Below, one piece after another: positions 27,242 to 37,959 of a stretch of 64,000 bases of DNA (the first letter of the stretch is position 1; each line of letters starts with the position of its first letter). Location: assembly GCA_003427395.1 (NCBI GenBank), contig BFEA01000006.1, forward strand, positions 301,551-365,550, written 5' to 3'. Source of the DNA: Chara braunii. Taxonomy: Eukaryota; Plantae; Charophyceae. The position numbers were made by a program, and so were the translations under genes. The notes under the pieces are model-generated. The model worked only from the letters and a program-made list of their open reading frames with translations, was not told the origin of the DNA and made no database searches.

Positions 27242-27633
27242 GCCACGATTCTGTGCATGGCGCCATGATACTCACCCATCTGAAACACCCTCCAAAGACT
27301 TCAGCACGCCCTATGACCAGTGGGATCCTGAAAAATGCCCAAAAGTGCTTCAGGTAAGTAATGTGGGATCAGACCCATAACCACAGACATGGCTTGATTT
27401 CCACCTTTTTAGGATTCCAGCACTTCTGGAATTTCCAACTAGTTTCACTGCCACGATTCTGCTTGTGGTGGCGCAATACCCACGCATCCGAAACACCCTC
27501 CAATACTTAGCTGCTTCCTACGACCACAGATGAATGTGGGATCCCGAAAAACGCCCGAAAGGGCTTCGGGCAAGTAATGTGGGATCAGATCCTCAACCCA
27601 CAGAAATAGCTTGATTTCCGCGTTTTCAGGATT
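27242..27633. repeat. Diverged ~208-bp tandem duplication
   Basis: gccacgattctg...gaaacaccctccaa...aagtaatgtgggatcaga...gcttgatttcc...aggatt occurs at ~27242 and ~27450. Confidence 0.8.
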
Positions 27634-28701
27634 AAAAATCGTGACCTGAATATTTTCATCGGCACCACCCAGGATTTCAACTCACCTGGTGTCTCCCAGT
27701 GAGTTACCAGTTTTGAAGTGTCTCATGTAAGTCGTGTATAGTCAATGGATGAGCAATGAGTTGTTTAAAGAACACTTCTATGAAAGCCACTGGAATATGC
27801 AACGACACTTAACCACTCGTCTTTGTTCAGCCCAATGATTGGCTGGAATTGATTGATTGGGTGAGAGAAATGTAAGAAACCTGCAATCCCAGCGTGTCTG
27901 CTCTATAGCGCCAAGGGTTCTAGTATAGGGCCAATCGCTGGCGAGTCCGAACTGAAGTAGGATTCCAGTAGTTTAGGGCACGGTAATGAATATACGCCTA
28001 GTCTAGGCTAGTTCATTAGGTAGGCAACCAGGTGGGGTCGGTGCGTTCTTGCTGGAGGAGTCTTCTGTCTTAGGTAAGTTGTCTCTTATCTTCTTCCTTC
28101 TCTTTGGTTGTGAAGTGAGTGTGTAGTTTGAGATGAATGTCAGGAATTCCAATGCTGTTATGTTTGTTTGTTTTTGGTGAACGAGTTTTTGGTTTTGTGG
28201 GCCGATGTGCAAGGCTGTCCAAGTTATTTCGGACCTTTGAGGGGGTCGGGTTGGTGCCTTCTTGCTGGAGTAAGTCTTCGGTCCTAGGTTAGTTTGCCTT
28301 GTGCCCTTCGTCCCCTTATGGTTTGAAATATATATGTATACATATGTATATGTGCAAGTGTGCCGCTTTGGTGGCGGACGGGTGTGTGGGCACTTGGCGC
28401 TGAACCACACAAACGTGGCCAACCTTGCATTTTCTTTTATATTGCTTATCTATATTTCTTCGTTATGGATTGCTTGTGATGCTTTGTGAAGGGAATGAGA
28501 GAGAATCTGGTGTCATTTAAAACAACACACACACACACACACACNNNNNNNNNNNNNNNNNNNNNNNNNNNNNNNNNNNNNNNNNNNNNNNNNNNNNNNN
28601 NNNNNNNNNNNNNNNNNNNNNNNNNNNNNNNNNNNNNNNNNNNNNNNNNNNNNNNNNNNNNNNNNNNNNNNNNNNNNNNNNNNNNNNNNNNNNNNNNNNN
28701 N

Positions 28702-28766
<65 letters not shown>

Positions 28767-30893
28767 ATCCTTGGCTTTGCTCGCTGGCGGCCATAGCTGC
28801 CTAACCTGGTGTTGTTGCAGATGAATTTGGTCTCCGAAGAAGTTGAGTTCTCAGATGGAGTGTTTCGGTTTCCATCTCTCATGCCCTGAGGTGTGTAACT
28901 TGTGTGCACAAGGTGTTGGTTTGGAGTTGGGGCTCACTAAAATTTGGTATGAGAGCGAAGTCTCCTTGGCTTCTCATTATGGTAAGAGCTGGTTGGCGTG
29001 TAAAGGTGACTGGTGTGCAGGATAAGTCTTGCCGGCAACTGGGAAAGCGATTTGGAGCAGGTTTTGCGAACTGGTGGAGATCACTCGAAATAATTTGAAG
29101 AGAAGTGCCTTTGGTAATGTGCTTTTGGTTTTCAATCTTTGATGTTGGAATTCTTGGCTGCTCTCCTTTGGTGATTGCTGGATCGCAAGACAGACTGTGT
29201 CTCTAGTCATCGCAACATGTCAATACCTAGGTTGAAGGCAGGTAATTGGTCAACGGTCTTGGTAGGTGGCCATATCGTGCTGCGGCGAGTTGACCTCTGT
29301 AGCTTGATCTGTGCATGAGAGTCGTTCTTCTGGCTGGCGACACCGACCTGCTGTGGCATTAAATAATTCTTGATTGGCACTTGACCGACAGTTAAACCCT
29401 TGGTTTTGGATGGAAGCTGTAGTAACTGCATGGGCTAGAGTGGAGGACGCCAGTAAAACAACCCTTTTACTGGTCTATGATGACCTGACCACCTAGGACT
29501 TGTCAACCGTTGGTAGGGTCCTAGAAGTGGTGAGAGCAGAGAGAGTCTGCTCAGCCAATTAGAATCTTTGTTGCTGTTAATGGATTAGAGTATTTGGGGA
29601 GTAGACATTGGTCTAGGTGGCAGGATGTTTAAATCGTACTGATGTTGCACTGCTTAGACGTCCACCATGGACGACTATTTCAGGTTTTCTTGCCTTGCCC
29701 TGTCCGTCCTCGTCATGCTTCTCTGGCGATTTCTGTTTCTTTTCCTCCATGGAGTCTGCTGTGTGACAATGGGACGTCGTGGATTGAATGAGTCTGCAGG
29801 GGGCAAGTCCAATGAATAGGGGGCTGCAACCAAGCAGGAGGTAGAGACCTGGGAAAAAGAGGAGGCAGCAGACGAGAGAGGGAACTAGAGAGGAAGAAAG
29901 AGCTGGCCAAGGGGCTGGAAGGAGGAGAAACAGCCTCTAGAGCTGTCAACGAAGGGCCTTGGAGAAGTTATGAAGGCCCTTGGCATGCCGCTCTTTGGTG
30001 CATATTGGATATGGGGCCCCATTGAGATTGACAAGGCTGATCAAGTAGACTGGATCATGTGGACAACGACCTGGCCACTGTAGATCGAGAGCTGGTGAGA
30101 GAAAGGCATGTCAGGGAGCAGCTGATGGCACAGTTAGTGTGCGATGGCAGGAGGCTGCACTAGAATAGAGAAAGCCTTCGCCTTTGCTGACCACCGCCTA
30201 AAAGATCTCAACCGCCCTGACAGCCATGATGGATTTGGAAGTTCTCAATGAGAGACTTGTAGCCGGGGCTTGCTGAAGCTGGTTGAAGGTATCACTTCGA
30301 TATTGTTGACATTGGCTTGTTTGAGTCAGATTTATGGATGCTCTCCAGTGCGCTGCAAGCAGTTCAATTTGACGGGAATGATCTATGTGACTTGTACAGA
30401 TGGCATAACTGCTGGAGCGCATTAGCCACTCACTTCGCTTGCAAGATTGAATGCAGACGGTTGGAGTGGTCCATGGCAAGTGGAAATAAAGGAGACGATG
30501 AAAGTGATGAATCTGACAAGGAAAAGTAAGAAGTGGATTAAGAGGACCGTGAAAGTTTTTTAGCAAGAGGGAGGAAAAGAAGTGGAGATGATGGGGATGA
30601 CGAAGCTGATGATGATGGAGGCCCGACTTCACGTGAGAGTGGGAATAAGAGGGAAGGGAGGAGGAGAAGGAGAGAAATATTAAGAAAGGTGCCAAGTGCA
30701 TATACAGGGTTGAGAGGGACTTTCTCTCCAGGGTTGCAGACGTTGGAAAGTATATTTTATTATTTTGGTGTCAAAGTTCTTGTCTTCACTTGTTGCGTCT
30801 TCCTGTTTAGGAGAAGAGGCCAAATCGTGGGTTATGAATGAAGTACATAGTGATGAATGCGAGGACAGGTTAGAGGATTGGGGAAGGAGCTTA

Positions 30894-30966
30894 GGCGACG
30901 TAGCTCAAGTTGTTGAATGCATGTTTTGCAAGCATGAAGTTCTCGGTTTAAGTCCTATCGTCTCCA
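30894..30966 (+). pseudogene. trnA: Degenerate tRNA-Ala(UGC) of organellar (mitochondrial) type, NUMT
   Basis: Acceptor stem GGCGACG/CGTCTCC-A, TAGCTCAAG D-arm start, anticodon arm catgt-TTTGCAA-gcatg, and a mutated T-loop ggtttaagtcc. Confidence 0.8.
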
Positions 30967-30983
30967 AACAACCTTCCCCGTGA

Positions 30984-31053
30984 GCCACGTAGGTGGTAGA
31001 GCATTCCCTTGGTAAGGGAAAGGCCACTGCTTCAAGTCCGGTTGTAGCCTCCA
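30984..31053 (+). pseudogene. trnT: Degenerate tRNA-Thr(GGU) of mitochondrial type, NUMT
   Basis: gtggtagagc D-loop, anticodon arm ttccc-TTGGTAA-gggaa and ttcaagtcc T-loop. The 5' part is damaged. It starts 17 nt downstream of trnA. Confidence 0.75.
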
Positions 31054-31169
31054 TCTTTTTTTTTTCTTCTTTTGTAATCTTTATGGAATGTAGGCTTGTC
31101 TTCTCCTCATATGGGGGACAGCCAGATTTTTACTATGCTATTATCTTCTCTCATTATTGTATCTCACAC

Positions 31170-31718
31170 TACCTACCCTGGCCAAGCAAGGGACCATCCA
31201 CCCCGCAGACAAGCCCAAAACTTAATTTATCCTTGAGACAGGCACCACCCAAAACTTAATTTATCCTTGAGACAGGCACCACCCAAAACTTAATTTATCC
31301 TTGAGACAGGCACCACCCGGAGCCTCGTACCAACTAGAAGGTCCAAGGTCTAGGGCCAGCTCGACTACGGAAGGAAGGCCAACTATGCTACCCCTAAGTC
31401 TACCCTACCAATGGAAGCAGGGATGAAGCTTAAATTCACTAGCCAGAGCCAAGCTATCCTAAGGTTATGGGTCTACGCCTAGCTATCTTTGCTCTGTTTG
31501 GGGAGCAGTACCCAAGCTCCTAATACGCGGCACAGGCTGGAAAGAACCAACTTTACTTCCACAACCAGCCAGGAGGCCCAAGCCAACAGTCTCCGCTGGT
31601 GAGCCCGAAGCATACCCCCAGGAGGCCGCGGGGATAGAAAGGATGACGAGGGGTATCGAACCCATGACCTCCTGAGTGCCACTTACGTACACAACTAACT
31701 GAGCTAGCCCGCTTGGGC
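31170..31718 (-). mobile_element. tRNA-derived SINE candidate
   Basis: The minus-strand head (31641-31718) has an A-box TAGCTCAGTTAG and a B-box GGTTCGATACC. A ~320-bp body follows, then three 34-bp tandem repeats (31214-31318). The 3' end is approximate and no TSD was found. Confidence 0.6.
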
Positions 31719-33129
31719 ATTGTAGGCTCCATCTTAAATTAATCGTTGACTTGTTCCGTAATCTTTACCGTTTGTTTCGCAAAGTGCGCTCTTTTGGTTT
31801 GTAGTTCTGTGACGATAAAAAAATTGACTTTCAATTTCGGAACTCGACACCCAACTGTTCATGATGAGGTACCTACGTGGTAACATTGTGACTGACCAAC
31901 AAGCCCGTATGCAAAGCCCTCCCAGAGCATGTTAGAAACTAGTTTGCTGGGTTAGAAGTCCCCAAGCACACGTTTTGTCTGTTCACGCAAAAGGCCCTGA
32001 CAAGTCAGTTGAGGCACTTTCCCTCGTGCAGATAAAAGTAGTGAAGGGCAAGAGTTTTAGGGGGAAGAAGATTGCACTCAACCACGTTTCATGGGATCAA
32101 CATTTTGGGTTATGTATGATGACGGCACCAAGGAACAGATTCCCATTGCTAAGGTGCTCCTTGACGGGAAAGAAGACTACAGCAGTAGGGACTGTCAGGA
32201 AAGGAAGGTGATCGATGTTATGCCCTGTAAGGGAAGGGCAAAGGAGAAGTGAGTACCACTGAGGACGCAAAGGAGGTATCCTCAGCCCCTCGGGTTAGAA
32301 GAAGGAGAGCCCTGGAAAATAATGTTTTAATTGAGGCTGTGTGGAAACTTAGAAACAGCAGTGAGTGTTCCGAGTTTGGGACACATGGCCATATCATATC
32401 CTACTGCCCCAAGTCCCAGGATTGAAACGGGAAGAGCCAATAGAAGTTTCATCTGCTTCTACTGAAGCTGGGAGTTTAGGTGGAGAGGTAGATGCATGCT
32501 CATCTAGGTCCCTTTCAACTTGTAACCATATACGGCATAGGGTGAGGTAGCCCCTCTGTCAGATGTGGTTGTAGTCTGGCTTGAGGATGTGAGTGAAGAA
32601 TTGATCAACGTTCACAGTTTACACACGAGGAGGAAATTTCCCAAAAACTGCTACCAGTGTGCTTGGGTCCGTGGGATGTCCGAGACGCAGTTGTACCGCC
32701 TTACCTCCAGACATGACCCTGTTACAGCATGTCAGTAGTGCGGAGTCCCCTAATGCAAATCAATGGTACCACATGATATGGATGGGCGACATAAACATCA
32801 TTCATGAACATGCTTCTGTCAGTGTACGTGGCCGACGGCGGCCACACGGCGGCCACATATGCAGTACAAAGTATGATTTCAGTTTCAGGAGCCACAAGAT
32901 GGTAGGTGTTTCTGTACGAGAGAGCTGACGGAGACTGCCCAAGAAGTGACACGGATATGAGAGGAAGTTGGAAGGGATCAGAAGTGTAGCCAGTGAGGAC
33001 GAATGAGTTCTAGCAGTGCACCTCAAGGCCAGGACGGCAGGAGTGCAAGAATCCTGCAATCCCAACACGTCGGCCTTGCAGCGCCAAGGGGTCCTAGGAT
33101 GAGTCGGATCCTTTGACAATCCAGACAAC

Positions 33130-33360
33130 TACACTTCCAGTAGTTTATGGTGTGGTAGGTAACACTTCCAGTAGTTTATGGTGTGGCAGGTAACATTTCG
33201 AGTAATTTATGGTGTGGCAGGAAATACAGGTCATCTAGGCTAGTTAGGTTAGGTAGGTGCTCAGTAGGTTAGACGAGTCCAGTTCAGTCCAAGCCAGTCC
33301 AGTCCTGTCCAGTACAGTTCGTTCCGGCCATTTTGGTCCAGTCTTGTTTGGTTCAGTCTC
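33130..33360. repeat. 31-bp minisatellite (3 copies) followed by degenerate (gtcca)n pentamers
   Basis: acacttccagtagtttatggtgtggYaggta x3, then gtccagttcagtccaag... Confidence 0.85.
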
Positions 33361-33695
33361 AAGTAAGTCAGTGGCTTAGGGTCCCAGGAAAGTCTGTGAA
33401 CATTCTGGAAATGTCTAATGCCATCAGATCCAAGCGAACAAACTGCCAGGTACCAAGCGTACAAGTCCAAGGGCTGGAAAGCTGAATTATCACATATGAA
33501 CACTGCAGCAGTTGCAGTCAGCGTTCTCCCATAGCGGTTGCTGCAGAACTGCGGTTGTGCAGTAGTTTGCCCAAGTGATATGCAAGATGGGAAGTGAGGG
33601 TGAGGTAGTTGTAGTTGACGGTCGCTGTGCACCATATTTGTAGTGTACCATAGGCAAGTGGTTGAGTAGACATTATGTGTGTGTGTGTGTGTGTG

Positions 33696-34601
33696 TGCAA
33701 TGGCTTGGTGATTTCTACTGTCGAGATCTGACTGCGAGGTTGTACAGTCGCGTCTTAGCCGGGTAGGGCCCAGGCCGAACAGGCGAAACTGATGCGGTAC
33801 CAGTCCAGTAGGTCTAGGTCTAGAATAGGCTAGTCTATTAATAGGACTGAGCTGGTAGGTTAGGGACTTTTGGCATTTCATTTTTGCGATACAGCGTTCT
33901 GAGCCAAGCAAGTTTGGTGGTGGTGATGGTCTACAGGCAGCATCCTGAGACCCTCATCGTGGACGACAGCCATAGCCAGTTTGTCGGTGTTTGCCATAGC
34001 TGGGGCACCCTCTGCGCATCTACCCCTGAGGGTATCTGCGGGCTGTTCTGAGGCTCTTCATTGAGTGTATGTGGGTGGACCACGACCGCCCTTCGCACCC
34101 GGGAGATTGTCAGGGCGTCGTCAGTGGTGTGGCAGCCATAGCTGCCATCTTCTTCGTCGGAGTTACTCATCGGCACTAAAGACTTCATCGCGATTCATGT
34201 TCTTCATTTGGATGGCTGGCGCTGGCCTCGGGGAGGCGGATTCTGTGTTGCGCTACTAACTGGGTGTGGAATAGAGAGTGGTGTGTGGAGTTCTGAGGTT
34301 GGCGAGACACTGGGATAAACTCTGTAACGACTATTGGTTTGAGTTGGCTGATCATCAGTGTGATTCCGATTGTTCGCCTCGTAGGTGTCTTCTTGTGATT
34401 GGTTGTTGGGAGTCTGTCAGAGAGAGAGAATCACTGTGTGTCTCTCTCCATCTGTGCATGGTTGAATTCCGTTGCTTATCTTTGTCTGTGTGCAGTTTGG
34501 ACTTTGTCTCCTCTCCCCTTTGTCTGGTATGTGTATGGGCGTGTGTCAGACACTCTGTGTGTGAGTGGCAAGAAAATCGTCAGACAACCATGATCATAAC
34601 A
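33696..34601 (+). repeat. 5' LTR of element 1
   Basis: Starts tgcaatggctt, ends cataaca, and is immediately followed by the PBS. Confidence 0.92.
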
Positions 34602-36133
34602 ATTGGTATCGGAGCGGGATTGGAATTGGAACACTGAGGGTTGAGCGCAACGGAGTCATCTTCTTCATCTGGCGATCTATTGGCGAGAAGTTTCATGGCG
34701 ATTCTCCTTCTCCAGTACCGAGACAGTAGAGAAGAAGATTTCAAGCGGTGAGTTCAGGAGTTCAGCGTTTGCACTAAACAAGCGCACTGAGCCTGTCAGG
34801 GCGCTTGCCAGAAAGTGGCGAGAACAGGGCTAATTCACCATAGCCAACCCTGAGGGCAATACAACGAATTGCCTCGGAGTGGCGAAGTACCCTGAGGACT
34901 TCAAAGACCTCTGAGCGGCTTCATCCCTGAGCAGCGCTGAGGTGGATTGACAGTCTGTGTCAATCCCAGGCGACATTAACCCCATCTGGGGCTATTTATA
35001 ACATTAGCAGCTGTCAGGCACTGTGGTGAGATAATTTTTTGTTGGCTTTCTAAGCGTCACAGGGTCAGATTCAGTGAATCTGACTAGAGGGGTGAAGCGC
35101 CTTAGGATCTTGAACTGGATCAACAAGTTTGGAGAGATTTGATGCGTGGCGGACAAAGGAGGAATTTCTGGAAGAAACTGGCGAGATGAAAGTTTCAGTC
35201 TGCCATAGCCAGATCTTCATCAAGCTCTGCAAGAAACTTTGAAAGTGAGTCCGTTCCATGCAAATCTCAGTATAGCGATTCAGATAGGGTCAGGATAGTT
35301 AGTATTAATGGTCTGTCTGTTTATCAGTGTCTGAAATTGAGAATTGCAGACTGCATGACAACCATAGTCATTTCTCTCCTACCTCCTATTCATCTCTTAC
35401 CCTCTGTTGACTCTTTTCTTTCCAAAATTGTTTTGTGACTGCCTTATGGTATTGCGCTGGATCCTGGATGCTTAAACTGTGAATTTTGTATTGGAATGGT
35501 AGAGATACTGTGAATTGTAGTTTTGTGTTGAGTCCAATTATAGTCTATGCTAACTGGGGTCAGTCATAACTCCAATTCTGTCCGTCAGAATTCAATTCTG
35601 TCAGTTTGCAGTAAATCGCAATTCAGTAGTTGCCAGTAGGGCAAAAGCGCTTGTCTGGAATTGCAGTATTCCACTAGATACAGTGAATACTGTAATTCGC
35701 CATACCCAGGGGTATGGCCGCCATAGTCATCAGGGCTGAAATTGGAGTCTAGGATCTAAGCTTTCTGACTGAATCGCTTGTCTGGTTGGTCATTGTTGTC
35801 TAGTCTTGCCATGTCTTTTCATTCTCACCGATCTCTCTTGCTTTCTAGTGGGCTTTGGAAATCTAGTGTATCTCTAGAGTCGTTGGAGTTGTGTATACTA
35901 ACTTCAGTAAAGGTTCAGCGTCAGTAAAAGGAAATCATGTGGTTGATTTTACTGGACTGTTGTCTGTCTGACCCCTGATCCCAAAGAAACCGTTCTAATC
36001 CAAACCGCTTGTTGCCTATTCACCCACCTACCTCTGCGTATGAGACAACAACGATTTCTGAGAGTCTGAAGGAAATTGAAGATCGCTGCGTACTCCCTTG
36101 TTGTCTACTAACTTCGTTTTCTGAAAGAGGAAA

Positions 36134-37720
36134 ATGGCGGATCAGGGGCTCAGCTGCAGCCACAGGGAGAAGTGGAGGTGAAGACAAAAGTTCAACGAAC
36201 TTCTGCCTCCCCCCCTACTACCCCTCTGACTGCTACGCAGTAGAAAAAGGAGTTGCAGGAAAAACTGCAGCAGGAGCAGGCCTTGCTTGCGGATTTGGAG
36301 AGACAGGAGGCAGCCGAGCTAGAGGCTGCAACAGATGTGTCGCGTGTCGAGTACCTGTTGGAGCAGCTAGCCAAGATTGTGTCAAATGAGCGTTGCGCCC
36401 AGGTGACTAAGAACTTGGCGGAGTGGGCCATTTTGGAACACAAAGCTACCAGTTCTTACTTCACTAAGTGGGATGACCACATACGCCGTCTGGAGCGCAG
36501 AGTGGATGACCTGGCGGCTCAACAGTCAAAGATACTGAATGCAATTCGGGATCTGACTGCTCAGCTGACAGCAGCCAAGCTGATTGTTCCTCAGTCTCCT
36601 GCCCTCTCAGTGAAACCTTCTCCTTCTCCTTCCCCATCCTCCTCTGGTTACACCCTTCTTCCCCTTCACCACCTCACTCCCAAAAAGTTGCAGTCCACCC
36701 ATCTTTTGTCTGTTGCTGCAGGAGATCAAAGGGGACCCAAGATCCCAACTCCCAACAAGTTCAGAGGGGATGACCCAAAGACTGATGTTGGGGACTGGGC
36801 TGCTGGGACCAAAGCCTACTTGAGGGCTTTACTTGTGTAGAACAGAAAAGTAGCAACGATTTTGGGACTGCTGGAGGGGCCTGCCCTGAAGTGGGCCACT
36901 TCTACTTCCAGCAGTCTGCAACAATCTATGGAGGACTGGGCTTTTGGGCTGGGGGTGGACAAACTTCTGCAGGCCTTAGAGGACCGATTTCAGACAAGGA
37001 GCGGGCCCACAAAGCTGTTGAGAGGATTGCTCGCCTGGGACAGCAGCGCTACAATGGGTCACTGCAGTCCTTGTTTGCAGAGTTCGAGTAGTTGATCTCT
37101 ACCCTGGGTTGGTCATGTCAGTAGATGATCTGCTGACCAACTTCTGCAGGGCAGCGCCTGAGAAGTTTGTTGTTGCCTTGTATAGCGCCGGACATAAGGA
37201 TTGGAGATCCTTTGGCCGTGCAGCCCTGAACATGGAGGCAAATCTTCATGTTCAGGGCCCTTCTTCTGACAGAAGAAAAGGAGCCTTCCCTCATGGTGGC
37301 AGAAAGGGAAAGGCTGCCTTCACACATGCAGGGTCCACATCAGCAAGTGATTCAGACTCCCAGGTTGATGTACCATCAGCTGGACTGATTCAGCTGCTGA
37401 TACAGATGTTGCAGCGTCCCTGACTCAGGCTGTCTTGGGAGTTCTGCAGCAGCAGAAACGGTTTCCCCCCGCTACAGCCTCAGCCAGTTCAAAGGGGAAG
37501 GACAAAGGATGTCGTCCTTCTACCTCTGCCCAACGTCCTAACTTGCCAAAAGACGTCCGAATGCCAACTGACCCACTCAATCCCTCCACTCTCCCTTGGC
37601 ATGATCTCAAGATCCAAGAAGGTGTCTGGAGAAGAAGGACGGATCGAGGGGTCTGCCTGCTGTGTGAGGGACAACACTTTCTAAAGGACTGCCCTTACAT
37701 GCCAGGCCCGGGTCGGTGAA
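36134..37720 (+). pseudogene. gag of element 1 (frameshifted)
   Basis: Coiled-coil N-terminus, then PKIPTPNKFRGDDPKTDVGDW, and a C-terminal CLLCEGQHFLKDCP zinc knuckle. Confidence 0.85.
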
Positions 37721-37959
37721 AAAATTGAAGCAAACCCTGGGGACTGCAGTTCCCCCCAGTGTTGCACCTTCATCTGCCGAGTTAGATGAATCTGCAGCTG
37801 CTTCAGTTGAGACAGTGTCTTGGAGTTTGGGGACTGCACGAGCAGCATCCTTCTGCTATAAGGATCCTGACCCGGATCAGGACCAGGAGGATAATGAGCT
37901 TCAGTCACTTGCTGCTTTGTTCGTTTATCTGAAAGAACAAAAGAAAAGTAAGTCCGATC

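Noticed and set aside
31950-33120. Possible further retroelement remnant (FMNDVYV, RT-like)
   Set aside because: Too degenerate to support without a database search.
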